From Epiperipatus broadwayi (Eukaryota > Animalia > Onychophora), in contig JAQFVV010000004.1 in assembly GCA_028023455.1 (NCBI GenBank), forward strand, positions 13,764,001 through 13,828,000: 64,000 nucleotides of DNA, read 5' to 3'. Below the pieces are notes generated by a model. It did no database searches and was not told the origin of the DNA. It saw nothing but the letters and a program-made list of their open reading frames with translations. Positions 52,000-62,692 of the stretch are shown piece after piece. How positions within the stretch are numbered: the first letter of the stretch is position 1; each line of letters starts with the position of its first letter. The position numbers and the translations under genes are program-made.

Positions 52000-52650
52000 T
52001 CATCAACTGGAAACTTTGTAAACAAATATCTGATTTTATGGATGGTATGAAATAACCTTACTATATATCTTACTAGAATGTGTTGAGATATTTTAGCACT
52101 GAGATTGGGTAAAAAAGAATTATTTTTATATATTTTTGGAAGCCTGTAGAATGTAGTTCTTGCTGAAATTTTTCACTTTTATTTTTTTATCAACCACAAT
52201 ATTAATAAGTACCCTTGTAGTTTTATTTTTCTCTATAAATAGAATATTCTTGCTCATTTTCATATATGCTTTGGGTTTGAAATGAGTTAAATTTTTATAT
52301 GGCAAGCTGGAATGATTCATAAGACTAAAATTTTTCATATCTGGTGGAAATAAATATTTGTTGATTTTGTTAAAATTCTAATGGATTTTCCGCCAAAAAA
52401 AAATATTTTAAAAAGATAAAGAAATGCTAACATTATATTAAATGATTCAATTGTCAGATTTCCATCAGATATAAAAAATTCTAGAGTTGACTCAATTGTT
52501 ATGTTAAACCTACATCTATTACTTAACAACAAAATTCATCTCTTAGCTCAATCTGGTTTTGACTCATTCCTAATCAAAAAAATTACTGTGGATACAGTTT
52601 AATTACCTCTGAGTTAAAAGAATAACTTATATACTCTTTCAGAAAAACAG
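52000..52650 (-). mobile_element. Decayed PLE RT N-terminal fragment
   Basis: GNLTIESFN...GGKSIRIL followed by FYRLPKIYK, matching PLE NLT.E / DK / FY.LPK.HK motifs. Confidence 0.5.
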
Positions 52651-53032
52651 TTTACTTGGATAATTCATTTTATAATCTGTTTTATTAAGATTTTTTCTAA
52701 ACATTAATTATCTATATTATGAAAAAATAATTTTACTATTGTTTTTTCATATAGATATTTTAAGAGAAAAATTTGCACTCAATGCAGCTTTTAGCATCAG
52801 ATTTATTTCTGCAAAGGCTTTCACATATTCCCATTTGTCATTACCCTATTTTATACCATGTTTGTTTTGATTTTATTGTTCAAAATATATCAGTTACATG
52901 CATAAAAAAACTTATATGCTAAATACATTATTTAAATTAATACAATTTTATGATTTTATTTACAGTGTTTCTTCAATATCCTTGAATACTCATTTGATAG
53001 TTAGTATTATCCAATCAAAACATCCATCAGTA

Positions 53033-53128
53033 GCAAACTCTCCATTCAGTAGTGCTACCTAGTGCAAACCTTAGGAATCAGTGAATGCAAGATTTGTGCA
53101 TAAAACCCTACCTAGTACCTATTAATCC
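53033..53128 (-). mobile_element. Family A fragment
   Basis: gcaaactctccattcagtagtgc...tgtgcataaaaccct..ctagtaccta matches 25658-25755. Confidence 0.65.
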
Positions 53129-53793
53129 ATGTAATACCAAATGTAACAACAATTCAAATATGTATATGGATTAATATTAAATATATATTGACATACATAA
53201 AGACATACCCATTATGTAAATATATATTTCAGAATCATTTTTGGATAACTAAACCTTCTCATAATCTATCTAACAAACTTTAAATGTAGAATGATAATTT
53301 TCATATACTTCAAACATTTTTTTACAAATATAAAGTTGAATTTTATCTAAATTGCAATTTTCTCAATATATAAGCATTAATGAGTTTTTTTTATAGTGTA
53401 AATTATTGTAATGAAAAACTTCAAAATATATTAAAGAAATATATAAAATACATTGTGCTTTGATATTATATATAACTAGTTTTCTAATTTAAAAAGACAA
53501 GAAACAGATATTATATATCATAAATCTTTATTAATTGCAATTTAAAGTTTAATAATATGACAATTCAGCTATTCAAAATCCCGAAAGAGCAATTTAAAAA
53601 AGTTTATGAAGTTTAAAGATTTAAGATGTATATTTTTCTCTCTCTTTAAAATAAGATTATTATTTAAAAATAAAAGAAATTATTTCTGAACCATTGATTA
53701 TTAAATATTTTATTAACTACTAAATTATAATTGCATGACTTTATGAGATTAAACTACAGATAATGAGATTAATATTTAGAAAACATATTCTTT

Positions 53794-54394
53794 AATAGTC
53801 AAAATAAGAGTCACATATCATATGACCCTATCTCTTAAGCTTGTAAGTTATAAACAATGAGGATTGCCAATTCCTCTACAAGCTTTATGATAAATGTTTA
53901 GCCAGAGCCATCACTTAAAATATCTCTGTCAGGAACCCCTCCCCAAACCCCTGACCATGGTTTTGTGCTTTGGCACTCCTCAGAGAGGTTGTCAAGGTAG
54001 GTTCAGACACTAGATCTAAAAATACCAACCCAAAGCCAAGCACTTATCTAAAAGTTATCTATTGAGTGGAAAATCTGAAATTTTAAGACATCTATATGTA
54101 TTCAAACCCAGCTATCCAATTCAAATAGCTATATGGGGCTGATAGATCTTCAGCCATACCATATACTAGTAGTCTTAGCAATATGAAATTGCATAAGACT
54201 TATGGCAGAGACTATAAATAGTCATAATAAGTTATATATCACATGACTCTATTTCTTAAGCTTGTAAGTTATAAACAATGAGGATTGGCAATTCCTCTAC
54301 AAGCTTTATGATAAATGCTTAGCCAGAGTCAGCACTTAAAATATCTCTGTCAGGAACTCCTCCCCAAACCCCTGACCATGGTTTCATGCTTTGG
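53794..54394 (-). mobile_element. Retrozyme-like family C, about 1.4 tandem units of about 421 nt
   Basis: 53806-53973 is repeated at 54227-54394; HHR at 53948-53988 with a truncated second copy at 54369-54394; A/B boxes at 54143-54156 and 54098-54109. Confidence 0.85.
53948..53988 (-). ncRNA. Type I hammerhead (family C), G12 mutated to A in this copy
   Basis: cctct CTGAGGA gtgc-caaa-gcac AAAA ccatgg TC agggg; the second copy retains GAAA. Confidence 0.8.
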
Positions 54395-57183
54395 TGATTA
54401 TAGCTTCACACAAAGGCAAAACATGTTGCTAAATTTTAAAAATTGAAACTAAAGTTAAATTAGAATAAAAACATTCATTAAAGAATTTAGATCACCAATC
54501 CCACATTATATAAAGGTATAATTTATGACTGAATACCTCGTAATTAAATAAATCTATCACAACATAACTATAATTTTAGTGAATTATGCTCAGTTTAAAA
54601 TTATGAGTAAACAAACTTTATTTACACAAAACATTCAAGAATTATAATTATTTATTAAATGCACTGGAAATATATGAAAATACTTTTAAGACAGGTTTAA
54701 ACCTTAAATGGATATATATGTATTTGTTTGTATGCATAGCTATAATATAAAATGTTTTCCAGAAATTAAGAATGTATTTAATATAAAGCTATAGGGATAG
54801 CATATAAGCATATAGAATATGAGAACCATCAATTTAGAAATGTTAATCTCACTGATTTTAAGAAAGTCAAGTAATAATGTATCATTTAGTATAAAAACAA
54901 GCATAAATAATTGTATATTTATCATAATAATAATTTTATTTGAAATAACTTTCTATGTAAATTGTATTATAAATATGGCTGATTTTACTATCAGAAAGAG
55001 GATAGTATCATCTTGAAGGAACTTGTTGCTAGGCCTACCTAATGAAAATATCACATACAAAGTACAATTGAATGAAAAAGAAATTCGAATTTGCATCACT
55101 TTCCCTCTACATGTTCTGCAGCGTATAAACAAGTATTGGCAAAAAGCAGTGTTCTTTTCCTGTTATTTTTTCATTTTAAAAGACTCTACTTAATATTGTC
55201 ATTTTAAATTTATTATACAGCTTGAAACCATAATGTCCAGCTAAAAAGGGAAATCATCAGGTGATTGTCTTTTAGGACAGATACTGATCTTTTGATAATC
55301 ATCACCATTGTTAAATGATTTACTATTAAATACATAAATAAGTATTTAATAGCTGGAGCTGATAAACTTTTTAAAAAATTGCCATTTGAATTTTTTTTTT
55401 AAAACCTGGGAATTACTTAAATTTATAGCTGAAGACTCCAGTCTTTTAAAACTACAGGATGATTAGCCTGCTATGCTTAATGAGCCAGACTTTATTGTGT
55501 TTATCAATTTTATGCAAAGCATCAATTAAATGCACATGTGAAATTTCTGATGCAGTTAATAGTCATGTTTTTTTTCAATTTATGAAAGAAATCAAAATTG
55601 TTGGAAATATTAAAATGACATAGTATTCCTTGCTAGAGCTTTAATTCAAATCAGAAGTTAATGTATTCACCTGAGGAAACCCAACTTATTAAAAGAATTT
55701 ATGGTAAACAACATAATCATTGCCTTTAAATAAAAAGGAGCAACATTGTGTCATGAATGAATGGATGAGATTAATGATATTTTTTTATCTCACCTATGAA
55801 ATGAAATCTTTAGAAATGGATAACAAAGAATCTGCTACTTATTATAACAAGAAGTTTAAAACATAATAAATAATGATTAAATTTATCTGAAGGAATTTTA
55901 TTAAAATGAAATCTATTGGAAGGGATGAAATATGTACATCAACTTAGATCAAATTAATCATAAACTTTAATGCATAATGATAATTATACATGTGACTTGT
56001 TTATATATATATATATAATAAATGCAATTGTAACCATTAGAATTAATCAATGTTCTCATCAACAATAAACAGATCAGGTAATATGTTTTTCTTTTATTCA
56101 AACTACTGTGATATTTGAATGTATTATGTTAAAAACAGTTGTTCCTTTTATTATTATAATTGTTAAATAATAGTATTTTTAATTATCCTATTGGGTATGA
56201 GATTCTCTGGTTTTATATACCTCATATTTTATTACTGTATATCCCATAGTATCGCAGTGGATTCATGTTAATATAAATTAATGAATAACATTTTTATATA
56301 TAATTGAAATGTACTTATAATAATAATGCTAAACTTAATAAAAAATAATAATTCCATAGCTGTAGGTCAAATAGAATGTTTTTCCTGAAATCTTAATGTT
56401 GTATAGATAGGCGATGTAAATATTGTGCTTGTTAGAGAAAAATAAATGTTCCTAAATAAGAAAATCAATAAGATGATCACATTTTAACAGTCCAAATACA
56501 GAAAATATTGGATATCTGTAAGACATAGAATAATATTTAATTTAATTTAATAAATCTTAAGATAATAAGAATCTAATAGAAATCCTATCTATAAGTGATG
56601 TTCTTTATTGGTTTGTGTATTTGTATAAACAACACTTCCCATTACACATCAGTACATCTACCTGCAATCTTTTTTTAGAACAGTGCTTGTATAATAAACT
56701 TTGTATGTAAGAACATTGTGAGAATATTAACATCGTTATCTTATATATATATATATTTGTTTATTCTATTGTATGTGTTTATTTTTTTAATAAATCAATT
56801 GATTATCATTTTAAAATGGAAGCCTTGGTGTTTTAATCATTATCATCACTTACACTTTAATCTATACATGTGACCATATTGGTATAATCTTAGTATTAAC
56901 TTTTCATTATACTTTCTTACAATTCAATAAGTGAATATTATTTATATTAAAATTGTGTTTGAGCTCATTCATACTACTTTCACAGCTCTATTTATATACT
57001 ATAAAGTATGTGCTGGATACAAACTCAACATACCCATTTGTAACCTGTCATAACTTGAGAAATCATATTATATAGGTATTTAAGAGTCTTTAAAGTATTA
57101 AAAGAGTTGGAGAAATAATACGTAGGTGAAATATTACTTTGGTATTCATGATTTTATGCTGTCCACATATATCATGTTTTATT

Positions 57184-57224
57184 ATCACATGATCGCAATA
57201 CTGTATGGAGAGTTTTGCTCTGTT
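57184..57224 (+). mobile_element. 41-nt family A micro-insertion with 14-bp TSD
   Basis: TSD tatcatgttttatt at 57170-57183 and 57225-57238. Confidence 0.7.
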
Positions 57225-57939
57225 TATCATGTTTTATTGGTAGTGAATATAGATTTATTAGCATATATAATATTATAAATTGCTGGATAATCCCTGAGTT
57301 TTATTATTAATATGGAAGTTTGCATGTAATAGTACTGTAGCAGATACTACTCATGTGATAGGTATTTTTGCTTTCTGATTTTATTATTTTGAAAAGTTAA
57401 GGTAAGATTTTGTTAATCACCGCTTGGTTGGTTATCATTTGTTTAAGGGAAGTTTGACTATTACAATAACTAATGATAATGTTTTATAACAATAAACAAT
57501 AAGTAAAAAAATGTGATTTTATGTTAAAAGTTTAATTTAAAACAAATGAGAATAAAAAAGTATGGTAATAGTTTTAATGTTTGAGTATTATTATGTAGCC
57601 AAGATGATATAGCAAAATATTTATTCAGAATTGTCTTTTACGAAAAATTTGAATTGTTAATTATTTATGACTGATTCTCAACTGTGCACAAAATATAAAA
57701 ACAAAATGGTTAGAGATTTTTTTCCAAAATGGCAATAAAAAATCAAAGTCAATCAGAAAATTATTTGATTATTTTTACGTTATACTACAATTTTCGAACA
57801 GCATATACAAAACTTTCATTATACGTTTTTTATACATATACAATAAAAAAATGTTTATAATCAAGTAAATGTAAATAATTAATAAATTTAAATTTATTTT
57901 TATATTATTTAATAGTTTTATTTATCTTTTCAGCATATA

Positions 57940-58015
57940 TGTGCTTGAGTGTATCAGTGTTATTAGATAGAGTGGAGAGTGATGGGTAATCTGAGAGTCT
58001 GTGCTCGTATACCCT
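57940..58015 (+). mobile_element. Family B fragment, decayed
   Basis: gtgtatcagtgttattagatagag...gagagtctgtgctcgtataccc. Confidence 0.45.
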
Positions 58016-58382
58016 ATATATTACATATATAGACACAGGTATAGAATAAGCCTGTGTTTCAGTTATTAATAGTTTTAATGTAATATTCAGTAGTATATTA
58101 TGTTTAATTTTGTTTAATCATTTCTATTTAAATTTTATTTCTCTTTAATAATAATATTTAAACAAGTGTAAGAATATTTTTTTAAGAATTTTGTCTCATT
58201 CCTGGTCACTTTTAACCTTTGCCACAAGTTATGAAGCAACATAAATAATGGCACAAGTTTCAGTGTTGAATTTTTGCTGCAAAGTAATGCTAATTTTTTC
58301 CTGATCAAACAGATAAAAGTAGTTGATGTATGTTTATTTTATGTTTATTAAAAATAGTGGATTTATTAATTTTATTTAATTA

Positions 58383-58488
58383 ACTTTTTTTTCCTCATGT
58401 GTCATAGCATCGGCCGGAAGCGAACCCACTTTCATAGAATAACTGCTTGTAAGGCAGCTGGTTGATCTCTAGACCACCAACGCTTGAC
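58383..58488 (-). mobile_element. tRNA-Gly-derived short SINE, copy 5
   Basis: Same body and A-tail; 10-bp TSD tatttaatta at 58373-58382 and 58489-58498. Confidence 0.85.
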
Positions 58489-58512
58489 TATTTAATTAAT
58501 ATTTAAAACAAT

Positions 58513-58668
58513 ACTCAAATATATAATTAATTTAACATATAGGTGCAATTTAAATATAACTTATTGGTTTATATTTGTATTTAATTAATATTTAAAGCAA
58601 ATATAAACCAATAAGTTATATTTAAATTACACCTATATATTAAATTAATTACATGCATATATTTGAGT
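58513..58668. repeat. Inverted repeat, about 65-bp arms, 20-nt spacer
   Basis: 58513-58577 versus 58598-58668. Confidence 0.9.
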
Positions 58669-59489
58669 AATATTATTTTTTCAAATCTCAAAAATATATT
58701 AAGAATTAGATGTTTTTGCAAATACAGTGATAAAACTATTATTAATATTTTCAAGTTAACTCAATTATTATCCACAACACTTTTTGGATTAATGATAAAA
58801 TGCAATAAGACATATTATGAAGTAATTCTAAGATTACTAACATCAAAATAATTTAAGATGATTATTTTATCAATGAGGTTTTATTTTAAAAAATTTGAGT
58901 ACTGTTTATGTATATATATAAGATTGAAATTCTGGTGCCTTTTATGCTATCATTTATTGTTGATATTATTTTTTAGTTTAAACTAAATATTAGCATATTT
59001 TGAATTTGTTTATGCCAGAATGGTTTTAGAAGAAAAGTTACACCTTTCTAAAATTGTAGAAATTTGGAATCATTTTATTTATTATACAGACAGTATTTAT
59101 CTTTTTAGTTCAATACATAATGGCTAATCAATGAATATTATATGTTAGTATAAACCAGATCTTATAGTAGATTTCTGTGCTATATAATTACTATCAGTAC
59201 ATCAATACTTCCTTTACTGCTTCAACAGAGTGGTTAATTTATTTTTATTCTAGCCAAATTAATTATCTGAAGTTTTCAAGATCTTAAGATTTTGAATTTA
59301 GACTAACTATGAAAACTAGAATGTGAGATTCTGCTAAAATATTATTGATTTGGTGTCAATTGTTTGGTGGGTGTATGTTATATTCTTTGTAAAGTAATAT
59401 GGATAATTAGGCAATTTATGAAAGTGTAATCAATAAATATTTGATTTTTCACTTTCAGTGACCCATATTTTTTCACATAATTGATTCTA

Positions 59490-59860
59490 GAATCATCAAC
59501 CATTATTAATCCACTGTAGGATGAAGGTCTCTCTAAGTAAATCCTTCTTTTCTCATCATTAGTTTTTCTTTTTCACAGCACCCCTGCACACTTTTTTATT
59601 TCATCCATCCATCTCACATATGGTCTCTTTCTGGGTCTTTTACAATCTCTTGGAATCCATTTTAATATTTCAATTGTCCATCTATTATACTAGCAATATG
59701 TCCAGCCCAACTCCACTTCAGTCTTTTAATTTTTTCAATGCGGTCAGTAACACCTGATTGTTCTCTTATCCATATATTGAGTTTTAGATCTCTTCTTGTT
59801 GCTGCCAACATGCATCCCTCCATTCTTTTTTCAGTGGTCTGAAGTCTCTATATTGCTTTT
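59490..59860 (-). mobile_element. RTE-clade 3' end fragment
   Basis: KRLKWSWAGHIASIIDG (about 59695-59725); 3' end cctacagtggat...ggttgatgatt. Confidence 0.8.
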
Positions 59861-60979
59861 CTATTTAGAGTTATTTCAAATTTTAATAAAATTATTTCAT
59901 AGTTAATATGAATTCTGCAATTGGAAGAAAGAAAATAGGATTTCTACTATTGATGAATTTAAATAATAAAATATTTTTATTAATAAAATATATGCTTCAG
60001 TGACTGGTGGTAATGGCTTACGATTTATCTCTAAAAATGCTAAAAATAAATTCTGTTAAGAGAATAGCTAAAAATAACAAATTCTTATTGACAAGAATCA
60101 AATGTTATTACTTGGTCAATAAATTGTTTTATAATTTTATCTTTTTTTTATTCTCACACTCTGTGAGGATTTTATAGCACATGTAATATTAAAAATTTAA
60201 TATCAGTAGTGAAAGAAATTGTCAAAACATGCTAAGTTGTTTGCTGGAAGATATTTTATGTAAGTATCCATTTTTGCTTTCATTATTCTCATGTGACTAT
60301 TATATATAATATATAGCAAATAAAAAAATAATATTATTATGCACTTATAATCATATTGGAAAGCTAAAAATAATGTGTTTTTTCCTCTATTTATAGTATA
60401 AATTCTTTATTACCACTAATGTATACATGTATAAATGTTTTTATCATAAGTATTTAATTAATTACCAATTTTTCAGATAAATGAATATAACGGTATTAAA
60501 ACTATTCTCATAATTTAAATTTTATTTATTAATCAGGTTTAAACTTTATAAATGCAGTTAAAATTGATATAACAATTAGTAGCTTAATAAATAATTTGTG
60601 ATAATCAATAATACATTTAAAAACATCATTGTCAAATGAGTGCAAACGGATCTGAATACAGAGCAAAAAAAAACTCATTTACCTGAGACTTAGGCTTACT
60701 AAATATCATTGTACATTGTGAATTTTATTAAAGAATAATCTGTCTTTTTATTGAATACGTCCACATGATGTCATTAATTCCACTTTTTTTTTCTTTTGTG
60801 TATATCTTATATATATATTCTAATGAAAAATGGTTAGGTTTACAGCCATGGCCCATATTGGGCTTCCAAAGTGTAATAGAAATGAGTGCAGGTATGGTAT
60901 GGTTTGAATGTACTGGCTCAAAAAATATAACTTGAATTGCCAAAATCTATTACAATTTTATAAGAAAGTGGAATAAGGA

Positions 60980-61430
60980 TTTAATGCCATATTTTGTAAA
61001 TATTCTTAATGATTATTCTCAAACAGATGATATATCTCATCTTTGTACAAAGTCATTATTGCAGCTTATTGGTTTTTCATGGGTTTATAGAACACCAGAA
61101 TTCTGACATCATAGCAGATGGTTATACTAGTTTATGAGATTCATTTATTGCTCAGTTCTAATCTCAACAACAAGCATGACTCTCCTGACTCATATACATT
61201 TTGTTGAGAAATTCAAAACTTAGTAAGTTTGAGGCAGATGGAAAAATAATTTAGAATGCTATAAAAAGATTTAATTATATAGAAAGCAATCAACCTTCCC
61301 CACTAGCTCTGTTAAACAGTGATGTTAAAACTGCAAGGATATGCTCACCCCAGCCACAAGATAGAGTCTTTTAAGAATATAAGTGGCCATCTTAATTCCA
61401 AACGCAAATGCAATTATATAGGGCAACCAT
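60980..61430 (+). pseudogene. L1/Tx1-type RT N-terminal fragment, decayed
   Basis: PLALLNSDVKTARI (about 61300) matches the RPI.LLN.D.K motif. Confidence 0.4.
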
Positions 61431-61599
61431 CAGTGTCTAGAAGTGAGAGTGTGAATATATAAATCATTCATTTTAAAACCGTTTCTTATTTTAATACTCT
61501 TATTAGCAGTTCTTAAATATTAAAATTTACTTTGTGCCAATATTAAATGATGTTAAATTATGTAATATTTGATAAATTAAAGTTGGTTATTCTGGGGTC

Positions 61600-62241
61600 A
61601 TGCTTGATAAACAGATAAGAAAATTTAATAATAGACATAAATGTGATAGAACATCTAATTCTAAACCATGGATTGATTCAAAAATAATATTGATTATGAA
61701 CAATGATTTTAATATTGGTGTTAGATGCTTCTTATCACTAAATATACTTATTAACAATTCCAAAAAAATAAGATTAACATGATGATAAAGCTCAGTTGGT
61801 ATCTAGCCTGGATTGTTAATTTTGCAATGCCAGATACTATGGAGAAACACATGAAAACTTAAAATTAAGAATCACTCAGCATGCTCATTTATATAACAGA
61901 GCTAAATGCAACCATGCTTATAACTCAGTGTTTGTCAATTTTGAGAAAAAATCTGATAATTCATTTAAGATTGCTGTTGCTAAAAGTATTTTCTTAGCAA
62001 GTAATAATAAAAAATGAAAAATAAAAGTAGTATGGCTCATAATCATCTAAAAACTCCATAAATATAAGAACTAATAGCATTTCTCTCAGCAAGCATTGGT
62101 CATTCAATCCAATATCATAGCCAACTGCTTAGTCAATTTACATATGATCAGCTATGCATAAAAATATGCTAATGTATTTTCTAATATTCACTATAGTTGT
62201 GCTTTGACAAAGATACACCGTATTGACTACCTGGCTTAGCA
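61600..62241 (+). mobile_element. PLE GIY-YIG relic with downstream HHR-like motif
   Basis: LDC*FCNARYYGETHENLKLRITQH (about 61810-61885); tgct TTGACAA A gatac-acc-gtatt GACT...TT agca at 62200-62241. Confidence 0.75.
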
Positions 62242-62330
62242 AAATAATAAATATTGTTTTGTGCCCAAATATATTAAAGTAATAGTAAATAAGACATTTA
62301 TTTTATATAGCACTGTGTTTTTATAAACTG

Positions 62331-62482
62331 TAATATTAATAAGCCAATAAGCTAATGCACCTGCGCTTTGTAGATTTAACTATGAATGAATACTCTCACT
62401 TTATCTTATGTACATGAGAGTATTCATTTATAGTTAAATCTACAAAGTGCATGGGAATTAGCTTATTGACTTATTAATATTA
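62331..62482. repeat. Inverted repeat, 68-bp arms, 16-nt spacer
   Basis: 62331-62398 versus 62415-62482. Confidence 0.9.
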
Positions 62483-62501
62483 AAGTAATAGTAATAATAT
62501 A

Positions 62502-62692
62502 GGGGATTTGAACACAGACTTTCAAGTTCCCTTCAGCTATCAGCTCTATCTCATACAACCAATACACATGACCACACACATGTGAAAAAGATAAATAATT
62601 TCCAATATACATATTTCATGCTGAATCAGCATTCATCAGTTGGTCCAGATCATCACCTCCCACATATTAAGATAGCAAATCTTCAAACTTTA
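62502..62692 (-). mobile_element. Family B copy
   Basis: Matches 44790-45000; B-box-like GTGTTCAAATCC at 62504-62515, A-box-like at 62555-62566. Confidence 0.8.
62602..62643 (-). ncRNA. Type I hammerhead (family B), core intact
   Basis: ccaa CTGATGA atgctg-att-cagcat GAAA tatgta TA ttgg. Confidence 0.8.

Noticed and set aside
55221-55260. Possible 40-nt host exon (tacag...cag/gtgatt)
   Set aside because: No recognisable peptide, and such splice-like pairs are expected by chance; needs RNA-seq.
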